Positions 1 to 6,435 of a DNA stretch of 11,750 nt are shown here, in pieces (positions within the stretch are counted from its first letter, which is position 1; every line of letters begins with the position of its first letter). The notes below the pieces were generated by a model. The model saw nothing but the letters and a program-made list of their open reading frames with translations, was not told where the DNA came from and did not search any database. The translations under genes and the position numbers were made by a program. The stretch comes from Pseudothermotoga sp. (GTDB taxonomy: Bacteria > Thermotogota > Thermotogae > Thermotogales > DSM-5069): assembly GCA_031962025.1 (NCBI GenBank), contig JAVRKW010000022.1; one strand, 5' to 3'.

Positions 1-290
1 CTCCTTGTATTTTTTGGGTACACCCGGGTGTTGATCCCAATATATAGTATACGAACGTATATATCACACGAAAAACCATACCTTTGAACTTCAAAGGGAA
101 AAAACCACTTTTTCAAAATAAACACTCTATTCAAGCCGATCTTGGAACTTAGTTGAATCTAATTAGATGCCATGGCGTGGTTTTCCAGCATTGAAGATGG
201 GTTCATCACGTTGTACCAGTTGCGTTAATGTTGAAGTGAAATTATCTTTAAAACCAGCTTGAGCGGTCCTTGGAAGGGTTAGAGAAAAAT

Positions 291-317
291 AAAAAAGCGG
301 GGCAACCCCCGCTTTTT
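291..317. terminator. Intrinsic terminator downstream of the hydrogenase gene, potentially bidirectional
   Basis: AAAAAGCGGGG-caac-CCCCGCTTTTT is a GC stem flanked by A and T tracts, about 15 nt past the hydrogenase stop codon at 332. Confidence 0.85.
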
Positions 318-331
318 AAATCAGGCGATCA

Positions 332-2089
332 TCAGATTCTGGTACTTTGCAAAGCCTGGGTTTTCTTTTTAGATCGGTCAACATAGGTTGTATGCAAAAG
401 TTCATGAGAGACGTGGCTCAACGGATGTTCCAGAAATTCTTCATACAATTTCTTGATAGATGGATTTTCGTGTGATTTTCTTATCTTACTTCTTTCATCT
501 ATTGTGTATATGCCTTCCATTCTCTTTATCAGCACGTTCTTGTCCAGGCTCTTTGGTTGACCTCCTCCACCTATACAACCAGTCGGACATGCCATTATCT
601 CTACAAAGTCATAATAAGCCTCTTTTGCAACGATTTTATCGAGCAATTTTCTGACATTTGCACCACCATGGGCTACAGCTACTTTCAGTTTCTTTCCATC
701 GAAATCTATTGTTGCCTCTTTTATACCATCAAAGCCACGAACATTTGTAAACTCAATTTTTGGCAGAGGCTTACCAAGACCAAGTTCATAGGCTGTTCTC
801 AATGCCGCCTCCATCACACCTCCGGTGACACCGAAGATTGCAGCAGCACCTGTTGATTCACCAAGCGGGTCATCGTATTCTTCATCTTGCAAGGATGCAT
901 ATGGAATTTTTTTCATTTTTATGAGCTTTCCAAGCTCACGTGTTGTCAGCACTATGTCTACACCCGGCATTTCTTCGATTTTGTGCTGCGGTCTGGTTAT
1001 GTCGTCTTTCTTTGCTGTACACGGCATGATAGAAACAACAAGGATTTTCTCAGGATCGATACCCTTCTTTTTTGCAAAATATGTTTTTATAAGAGGACCC
1101 AACATCTGATGCGGTGATTTACAGGATGAGAGATTTTTCAAAAACTGTGGGTAGAGTTTTTCAGCCATGTTTATCCATGCAGGACAACATGAAGTGAACA
1201 TTGGGAACGGTCCACCGTTTTTCAATCTCTCTAAAAATTCAGAACCCTCTTCCATGATCGTTAGGTCGGCAGCAAAATTCGTATCAAAGACATAATCAAA
1301 ACCAAGTCTTCTCAGTGCTGCCACCATCTTTCCCGTTGAAATGCTACCCGGTTCAAGCCCGAACTCTTCGCCAATGGCAACTCTTGTTGCCGGTGCCGTC
1401 TGTACCACAAGGACCTTGTCGTGTTTTTCAAGTTCTTCGAGAACTCTTCTTACATTGCTGTTTTCAGTAATTGCGCCGACAGGGCAGAATGCCGAGCATT
1501 GACCGCAACTGATACAATCAGTTTCGTATACAGGCATTTCAAAAGCAGTCTGAGGAAGTGTTTCAAAACCTCTTTCAACCATCGAATAAATATCCATTCC
1601 CTGAAGCTCCGAGCAAGCCCTGACGCATCTGCCACATAAAACGCATTTTTCAAGATCTCTGACTATCGCCGGTGAACTGTCATCGTATACACCGCTAACT
1701 CTTTCTTCAGCCGGGAACAGATCTTTAACGTCATAGCGATAGATCAGATCCTGAAATTCACAGTGCCCATTTGCTTCACAGGTCATGCAATCCTTTGGAT
1801 GTCTTGAGAGCAGCAACGCAAGGTTGAACTTCACAGCTTTTTCTACTCGATCCGTTTTTGTTTTGACTTTCATGCCATCCTGAACCTTTGTGGCACAGGC
1901 AGGCTGAAGATTTCTTGCTCCCTCTACTTCGATAACACATACACGACATGCACCTGTTGGTTCAAGTCTTGGGTGGTTGCAGAGCGTCGGCACGTAAATC
2001 CCAGCGATGTTGCAGGCTTCCAAAATCGAAACACCTGAAGGCACTTCGTACTTTTTCCCGTTGATCTCTATAAGCACGTTAGCCACCAT
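332..2089 (-). CDS. hydA: [FeFe]-hydrogenase catalytic subunit, group A, with N-terminal 2Fe-2S, His-ligated 4Fe-4S and 2x4Fe-4S domains (CpI/HndD-like architecture)
   Basis: 585 aa. H-cluster motifs are FTSCCPAW, MPCTAKKDD and EIMACPTGCIGGGGQP. Accessory motifs are PTLC...GACRVC...PAC (2Fe-2S), HPKDCMTCEANGHC, CVLCGRCVRAC and CISCGQCSAFCP. The C-terminus has SHENP...SHELLHT. SD GAGGAGG lies at about 2094-2100. Confidence 0.95.
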   Translation of the reverse strand: MVANVLIEINGKKYEVPSGVSILEACNIAGIYVPTLCNHPRLEPTGACRVCVIEVEGARNLQPACATKVQDGMKVKTKTDRVEKAVKFNLALLLSRHPKDCMTCEANGHCEFQDLIYRYDVKDLFPAEERVSGVYDDSSPAIVRDLEKCVLCGRCVRACSELQGMDIYSMVERGFETLPQTAFEMPVYETDCISCGQCSAFCPVGAITENSNVRRVLEELEKHDKVLVVQTAPATRVAIGEEFGLEPGSISTGKMVAALRRLGFDYVFDTNFAADLTIMEEGSEFLERLKNGGPFPMFTSCCPAWINMAEKLYPQFLKNLSSCKSPHQMLGPLIKTYFAKKKGIDPEKILVVSIMPCTAKKDDITRPQHKIEEMPGVDIVLTTRELGKLIKMKKIPYASLQDEEYDDPLGESTGAAAIFGVTGGVMEAALRTAYELGLGKPLPKIEFTNVRGFDGIKEATIDFDGKKLKVAVAHGGANVRKLLDKIVAKEAYYDFVEIMACPTGCIGGGGQPKSLDKNVLIKRMEGIYTIDERSKIRKSHENPSIKKLYEEFLEHPLSHVSHELLHTTYVDRSKKKTQALQSTRI

Positions 2090-2110
2090 GAACCCTCCTC
2101 GCGAGAAGTC

Positions 2111-2128
2111 TTGTTAAAGGATTCACAT
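2111..2128. promoter_or_regulatory. Putative Rex (NADH/NAD+ redox-sensing repressor) operator
   Basis: TTGTTAA-AGGA-TTCACAT matches the Rex consensus TTGTGAA-N4-TTCACAA at 12 of 14 positions. It lies between the -10 box and the SD of hydA. Confidence 0.7.
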
Positions 2129-2130
2129 AT

Positions 2131-2139
2131 ATTATAACA
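2131..2139 (-). promoter_or_regulatory. Extended -10 promoter element for hydA
   Basis: The minus strand reads TG-T-TATAAT, a perfect TGn-TATAAT. There is no consensus -35 at 17 bp; that position falls inside the rplT terminator palindrome. Confidence 0.6.
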
Positions 2140-2140
2140 C

Positions 2141-2166
2141 AAAAGGCATCCACGTGGATGCCTTTT
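2141..2166 (-). terminator. Probable intrinsic terminator of the infC-rpmI-rplT operon
   Basis: Perfect 26-bp palindrome AAAAGGCATCCACGTGGATGCCTTTT starting 3 nt after the rplT stop. The U tract is short (UUUUGUGUU). Confidence 0.7.
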
Positions 2167-2169
2167 CAC

Positions 2170-2541
2170 TCAAACAGCAGCATGTTTTTCCAGATGTTCT
2201 TTGGCTATCTTCACATACTCATTGAAAGCCGATGGATCATTTACAGCCAGCTCAGCGAGCATTTTTCTGTTGACGGCTACATTGGCAAGTTTCAACCCGT
2301 GTATTAACTGACTGTATTTCAAACCGTTCTGTCTTGCCGCTATGTTTATTCTCGTGATCCACAGACTTCTGTAATCTCTCTTTTTGATCTTTCTACCGAC
2401 ATACGCATACCATTTTGCTCTATAATAATGCTGTTTCGCAAGCTTGTATCTTCTACTAATGGCACCTCTGTAGCCCTTTGCAGCCTTTAGAAATCTTTCT
2501 CTTCTTTTCTTCTTTGCATGCAGCGATCTTTTAACTCTCAT
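2170..2541 (-). CDS. rplT: 50S ribosomal protein L20
   Basis: MRVKR...AKGYRG...AYVGRKIKKRDYRSLWITRINIAAR...YSQLIHGL...NRKMLAELAV is the bL20 signature. SD AGGAGG at 2551-2556. Canonical infC-rpmI-rplT order. Confidence 0.98.
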   Translation of the reverse strand: MRVKRSLHAKKKRRERFLKAAKGYRGAISRRYKLAKQHYYRAKWYAYVGRKIKKRDYRSLWITRINIAARQNGLKYSQLIHGLKLANVAVNRKMLAELAVNDPSAFNEYVKIAKEHLEKHAAV

Positions 2542-2557
2542 GATCTATTTCCTCCTC

Positions 2558-2755
2558 TCATCTCAAGGCAAGGAGCTTTTTGATTCTCTTTTCATCACCT
2601 TTTTTTAGAACATCTTTCTTTCTCAGAACTCTGAGTGCTGATCTTTTTCTCTTACCAGTTGTATGACGTGTACGGGCGTGATTGTAAAGCACCTTACCGT
2701 TTTTCGTAACTCTGAACCTCTTAGCCGCTGTTTTGCTGACCTTCATCTTGCCCAT
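2558..2755 (-). CDS. rpmI: 50S ribosomal protein L35
   Basis: 65 aa basic protein starting MGKMKVSKTAAKRFRVTKNGK, located between infC and rplT. SD AGGAGG at 2763-2768 overlaps the infC stop codon. Confidence 0.97.
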   Translation of the reverse strand: MGKMKVSKTAAKRFRVTKNGKVLYNHARTRHTTGKRKRSALRVLRKKDVLKKGDEKRIKKLLALR

Positions 2756-2767
2756 GGTTGAACCTCC

Positions 2768-3286
2768 TCATCCATTTTTTGGCTTGAGCTGCATCCACAT
2801 ATCTCTACCTTCGAGTTTTGCATCAGCTTCAACTACTGCTATATCACTAAGATCACTTGCTATTCGATCCAGAATCTGTTTTCCCCTGTCGGAAAAAGCT
2901 ATCTCCCTACCCCGAAACATGATCGTGACCTTGACCTTGTCGCCTTCTTCAATAAATCTTCTTATGTGCTTGAGCTTTGTCTGGTAATCATGTTCGTCGA
3001 TCTTGAGTCTGAACTTCATCTGTTTGATCTCCTGCTGCTTTTGCTTTTTCTTGGCTTCTTTCTGCCTTTTTGAAATTTGATACATGTACTTTCCAAAGTC
3101 CATAATCTTTGCGACAGGTGGATCGGTGTTTGGTGATACCAATACTAAATCAAGACCCTTTTTTCTTGCCAACTCGATCGCTTCTCTTGTAGGTATAACT
3201 CCAATCTGCTTGCCATCCGAATCGATTACCCGAACCTTTGGATGTCTGATCTGTTCATTTTTCAACAAAACCTGTTCTTTTTCTAT
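2768..3286 (-). CDS. infC: Translation initiation factor IF-3, probable non-canonical ATA start
   Basis: NEQIR..VRVID..G.Q.G, LDLVLVSP...PPVAKIMDFGKY and KVKVTIMFRGRE motifs. SD GGAGG (3295-3299) is 8 nt before the in-frame ATA at 3286-3284. The ORF-track TTG start at 3319 is inside a terminator hairpin and has no SD. Confidence 0.95.
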   Translation of the reverse strand: MEKEQVLLKNEQIRHPKVRVIDSDGKQIGVIPTREAIELARKKGLDLVLVSPNTDPPVAKIMDFGKYMYQISKRQKEAKKKQKQQEIKQMKFRLKIDEHDYQTKLKHIRRFIEEGDKVKVTIMFRGREIAFSDRGKQILDRIASDLSDIAVVEADAKLEGRDMWMQLKPKNG

Positions 3287-3303
3287 GCTCTCGACCTCCC
3301 TAT

Positions 3304-3328
3304 AAAAAATAGCGGGCAAAAGCCCGCT
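3304..3328 (-). terminator. Attenuator terminator of the L20 leader
   Basis: The minus strand reads AGCGGGC-UUUU-GCCCGCU-AUUUUUU directly upstream of the infC SD. Confidence 0.85.
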
Positions 3329-3400
3329 TCCTTATCGGTTTTCATCCTTCAGGACCCCTTCGACAAAGTCTGGGGGTGGGAAGCAAGGCTTCCGCTTTCG
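3304..3400 (-). ncRNA. Ribosomal protein L20 leader (cis-regulatory attenuator)
   Basis: The minus strand AAGCGGAAGCCUUGCUUCCCACC...GGAAGCGGGC..GCCCGCU-U-tract resembles the L20 leader found upstream of infC. Mutually exclusive pairings are visible: a 5' hairpin (3379-3393), an antiterminator (3379-3387 with 3323-3331) and a terminator (3311-3328). Confidence 0.8.
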
Positions 3401-3401
3401 C

Positions 3402-3477
3402 TGGTGGGCCGTGCAGGATTCGAACCTGCGACCCCCTGATTAAGAGTCAGGTGCTCTACCTGCTGAGCTAACGGCCC
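3402..3477 (-). tRNA. tRNA-Lys(CTT)
   Basis: GGGCCGTTAGCTCAGCAGGTAGAGCACCTGACTCTTAATCAGGGGGTCGCAGGTTCGAATCCTGCACGGCCCACCA forms a 76-nt cloverleaf with a 7-bp acceptor stem, anticodon CTT, GTTCGAAT T-loop and encoded CCA. Confidence 0.98.
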
Positions 3478-3485
3478 CTTATTTC

Positions 3486-3560
3486 TGGTGCCCCTGGGAG
3501 GAATCGAACCTCCATTTACGGATTAGGAATCCGCCGTTCTATCCTTTGAACTACAGGGGC
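3486..3560 (-). tRNA. tRNA-Arg(CCT)
   Basis: GCCCCTGTAGTTCAAAGGATAGAACGGCGGATTCCTAATCCGTAAATGGAGGTTCGATTCCTCCCAGGGGCACCA forms a 75-nt cloverleaf with anticodon CCT, A20 after the D-loop GG and encoded CCA. Confidence 0.97.
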
Positions 3561-3571
3561 ACCGCTTTTTC

Positions 3572-3600
3572 ATTTTATCATTTTGCATTTTGAATGTCAA
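3572..3600 (-). promoter_or_regulatory. Strong sigma70/sigmaA-type promoter for the tRNA-Arg/tRNA-Lys/infC unit
   Basis: Minus strand TTGACA (3600-3595), 17-bp spacer, TAAAAT (3577-3572) with an extended-10 TG, 11 nt upstream of tRNA-Arg. Confidence 0.85.
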
Positions 3601-3626
3601 CACTGCTTCAATCTATTATGTAGAAT

Positions 3627-3655
3627 AAAAAACCTGGGGTTGATACCCCAGGTTT
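3627..3655 (-). terminator. Intrinsic terminator of the solute-binding protein gene
   Basis: The minus strand reads AAACCTGGGGT-ATCA-ACCCCAGGTTTTTT, 17 nt after the stop at 3673. Confidence 0.88.
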
Positions 3656-3672
3656 GAGAAATCTAAACTCGA

Positions 3673-5526
3673 TTATTCTTCTTTCCACAGATAGTAGTAA
3701 TCATGCCCTGGTCTCATCGGGTTGTTGAACCAGCCTTTTACCCAGGTCCTTCCTACAAAGAAGTTCTGTGTTTCAAATATAGGTACTCCAAGAACGTGCT
3801 CTATAGCGACAATCTGAACCTGTTCGTATAACTTTTGTCTTACAGCAGGATCTGGATTTGTTGCGGCTTCTTCGATGATCTGGTCAATACTCTTTCCACC
3901 AAGTTCAGGTCTTGGAGTGGACACAAATTTCTTGAAGTTTTCGCCCTGTGCAAAACCGTATGTTCCGGCTGAGTGATAATATGTCTGAATGAAGTTGTGT
4001 GGGTCTGGATAGTCTGCAAGCCATCCTATGATAAATGCCGGCAGATAACCATTTTTGTAAGAGGTCAGGTATGTTGGCCACTGTTCACCGCGGACTTCTA
4101 TCTTGAACTTTGGATTGATCATTTCCACATATGTTTTGATCATCTCGGCTATGGTTCTTCTGACTTCGTTTCCCGTGTTGTACAGCAGCGTGAGTTTAAA
4201 TCCTTTTTTCCACACTTCTCCATTCCATGCTTTTTTGAACTCTTCTGTTGCTTTGGTTATACTGAACTGGTACATTGGCAGATTTGGATTGTAACCAAGT
4301 AAGGAGCTCGGCAAATCTGAAGGTACTCTCTTTCCAAGACCTTTTAGAACGTCTTTTATCACAGCATCATAATTTATCACATAAGCAAAGGCTCTTCTGA
4401 GGTGTTCATCGCTGAAGAAATCAGGTGGAATACCTTCACCATCGAGTTTGCCAGAACCTATGTACTTGCTGTCTGGTCTGACATTCCAGTTAAAGTGCAA
4501 CGATGTCACCTGAATACCGGGCAGGGGTTTTATAACCTTTATACCGGGGGTGTTTTCAATCTGAGACAGGTATATGGTTGGAACTGCAGCAATATCTGCA
4601 TCGCCTTTCTCGAGCATAGCCTTCATTGTTGACCATTCACCAACGTTCCATATAATCACTTTCTTGATCTTTGCCGGTCCTCTCCAGTACTGATCAAATC
4701 TTTCAAGTGTAACCCTTTGCTGTGCTCTATCCCATTCGACTACCTTGAATGGACCGGTACCATTTGTTTTTGCATAAAGCGGGGATTTCTCCTTCGCCAG
4801 ATCGTGGTATCTCCACCATGTGTCTGCCTTGCCGTCCCAGCAACCCTGCTGAATTGACCACTCTTTGTTCAGAATCATACTCCAGTTTGCATAACCACAG
4901 AGTATAGATAGAAATGGTCCAAATGGTCTTTTGAGATGGAACACAACATTGTCTCCCTGAACTTCAATGGCTGGGTCAATATAGTCTGTGTAAATCTTGA
5001 TAAGGGTGTCTTTGTACTCTGGCAACGGTTCACCCGTGTTGGAATCAATCATATCCGAATATTTTTTCCCTGTGACAGCTTCTACGAATTCTTCAAGTGA
5101 ATAAACTTCAAACATTGCCTCCCACAGCATCCACATGGGTCCACCAGCCGGATCAAACAGCAGTCCTCTTTCAAAACTGTATTCAACATCTTCGGGCTTA
5201 AGTTCTGCACCGTTGTGGAATTTGACGCCTTTTCTGATTGGGAAGATATAGGTTTTTCCATCGTCTTTGATGAGCCCATTTTGAACAGATGGTACTGCTG
5301 TAGCGAGCCTTGGAGCCATTTCTGTAACACTTGAACCCACGTACTCGATGAGACATTCATAGACCTCGCTCAGAACCTCGCCGCTTGCCGTATCGTAGGC
5401 AAAGTGTGGATCAAAAGTATCGGGTTCTCCGGCGAGATTGAGCCTTATGATTGTGTCTGGGTTTTTAACCTCTGCAAACACTAAGAAAGCCACCAGTGCC
5501 AGAAAGACCACGAGAAATTTTCTCAT
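3673..5526 (-). CDS. ABC transporter solute-binding protein, family 5 (OppA/DppA-like; peptide or oligosaccharide)
   Basis: Signal peptide MRKFLVVFLALVAFLVFA-EV. Motifs include EPDTFDPH, YECLI, DDGKTYIFPIRKGVKFHNG..L..EDV.YSFER, GTGPFKV and GWLADYPDP. Start reassigned to ATG 5526 because SD AAGGGGG (5534-5540) is 7 nt upstream, giving 617 aa. Confidence 0.93.
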   Translation of the reverse strand: MRKFLVVFLALVAFLVFAEVKNPDTIIRLNLAGEPDTFDPHFAYDTASGEVLSEVYECLIEYVGSSVTEMAPRLATAVPSVQNGLIKDDGKTYIFPIRKGVKFHNGAELKPEDVEYSFERGLLFDPAGGPMWMLWEAMFEVYSLEEFVEAVTGKKYSDMIDSNTGEPLPEYKDTLIKIYTDYIDPAIEVQGDNVVFHLKRPFGPFLSILCGYANWSMILNKEWSIQQGCWDGKADTWWRYHDLAKEKSPLYAKTNGTGPFKVVEWDRAQQRVTLERFDQYWRGPAKIKKVIIWNVGEWSTMKAMLEKGDADIAAVPTIYLSQIENTPGIKVIKPLPGIQVTSLHFNWNVRPDSKYIGSGKLDGEGIPPDFFSDEHLRRAFAYVINYDAVIKDVLKGLGKRVPSDLPSSLLGYNPNLPMYQFSITKATEEFKKAWNGEVWKKGFKLTLLYNTGNEVRRTIAEMIKTYVEMINPKFKIEVRGEQWPTYLTSYKNGYLPAFIIGWLADYPDPHNFIQTYYHSAGTYGFAQGENFKKFVSTPRPELGGKSIDQIIEEAATNPDPAVRQKLYEQVQIVAIEHVLGVPIFETQNFFVGRTWVKGWFNNPMRPGHDYYYLWKEE

Positions 5527-5562
5527 CTTCATACCCCCTTGCGATAGGATTTTGACACCACA

Positions 5563-5592
5563 AGTATACACCAAAATGAAATGATATTTCAA
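5563..5592 (-). promoter_or_regulatory. Candidate promoter for the solute-binding protein gene
   Basis: Minus strand TTGAAA (5592-5587), 18-bp spacer, TATACT (5568-5563). Confidence 0.5.
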
Positions 5593-5649
5593 GGCAACCG
5601 TTTTTTTAAAAGCTGTAGTAGTATCTTATTGAGAGAAGGAGGTTATACG

Positions 5650-6435
5650 ATGATAGCCTTTCTAACAGACTGGTCTTTAAAAAGTTATTATGTTGGTGTG
5701 GCAAAAGCAGTGATGAAAAAAATAAATCCAGATGCAGAAATAATTGATATCACACACGATATCAAACCATTTGATGTGAGAATGGCTGCTCACATACTTT
5801 TGAGGGCTTCTGTGGATTTTCCACAGGGTACGATTTTTGTAGCAGTCGTCGATTACGGTGTAGGTACAAGCCGCAAGGCGATTTGTATCAGGACAAAAAA
5901 CGAACAGTTCTACATAGGGCCAGATAACGGAATTTTCACATATGTGGCACTTAACTATGGGGTGAAACAGGTTCGAGAGCTGGACAACAAATCGTTTCAC
6001 TATGGTTCTTCTTACACATTTCACGGTAGAGACATCTTTGCCGCAGTGGCGGGTCATCTTTCAAAAGGAGTCCGGTTTGAAGATGTTGGCAGTGTACTAC
6101 CAAACTACATAGTTTTACCGGTAAAAGCGGCTCAAGTTCAGGCAGATGCTGTGATAGGAGAAGTCGTTTACTTTGATGGGTTTGGAAATGTTGAAACAAA
6201 TATACCTGCTTCATCTATACAGAAGCTTGGATGGGACATAGACGACACCATACTGTTGAACGACAAAATCGAACTTACATACGTGAAAGCCTATGGTGAT
6301 GTGGAAAAAGGGAAAGGTCTTGTCCACATTGACAGTTCGGGCTTCTTGGAAATAGCAATAAATCAAGGTTGCGCCGAAGAATTTTTCAAATTAAATCAGG
6401 GTCAGCAGATAACACTCAGGAGGAAAAAACCTTGA
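5650..6435 (+). CDS. DUF62-family SAM hydroxide adenosyltransferase (SAM hydrolase; chlorinase/fluorinase superfamily)
   Basis: MIAFLTD...YVGVAK, IIDITHDI.PFDV, VVDYGVGTSR, GPDNG, TFHGRDIFA, D.FGNVETNI and DSSGFLEIAINQG.A. SD AAGGAGGT (5636-5643) supports ATG 5650, giving 261 aa. Confidence 0.92.
   Translation: MIAFLTDWSLKSYYVGVAKAVMKKINPDAEIIDITHDIKPFDVRMAAHILLRASVDFPQGTIFVAVVDYGVGTSRKAICIRTKNEQFYIGPDNGIFTYVALNYGVKQVRELDNKSFHYGSSYTFHGRDIFAAVAGHLSKGVRFEDVGSVLPNYIVLPVKAAQVQADAVIGEVVYFDGFGNVETNIPASSIQKLGWDIDDTILLNDKIELTYVKAYGDVEKGKGLVHIDSSGFLEIAINQGCAEEFFKLNQGQQITLRRKKP

Noticed and set aside
1..290. CRISPR array, riboswitch or MITE in the left intergenic region
   Set aside because: There are no regularly spaced 23-47 bp repeats, no riboswitch core that I recognise, and no terminal inverted repeats with a target duplication.
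460..1653. Short ORFs overlapping hydA (460-654, 557-856, 825-1109, 887-1117, 1421-1639, 1450-1653)
   Set aside because: Antisense or out-of-frame shadows of a conserved gene, with no recognisable motifs.
3287..3319. ORF-track N-terminal extension of infC from TTG 3319
   Set aside because: It starts in the terminator loop with no SD, whereas a strong SD points to ATA 3286.
2733..3439. Plus-strand ORFs 2733-2987, 3084-3305 and 3242-3439
   Set aside because: They are antisense to infC, the L20 leader and tRNA-Lys; the GFEPAT ending is simply the translated tRNA T-arm.
3402..3477. Functional link between tRNA-Lys and the lysine aminomutase genes
   Set aside because: They are more than 5 kb apart in separate transcription units, and I recognised no T-box or lysine riboswitch upstream of kamD.
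3402..3672. tRNA genes as an integration site for an island or prophage
   Set aside because: I saw no duplicated tRNA 3' end, no integrase and no obvious compositional shift, and the flanks are housekeeping genes.
5527..5649. Overlapping extended starts of the SBP (5592) and DUF62 (5581) ORFs, and a plus-strand TTGACA at 5552-5557
   Set aside because: SD positions and the signal peptide support starts at 5526 and 5650. The TTGACA has no acceptable -10 at 16-18 bp.
5650..6435. Fluorinase/chlorinase (halometabolite biosynthesis)
   Set aside because: The Asp-Arg-His hydrolase residues are present and there is no biosynthetic cluster context.
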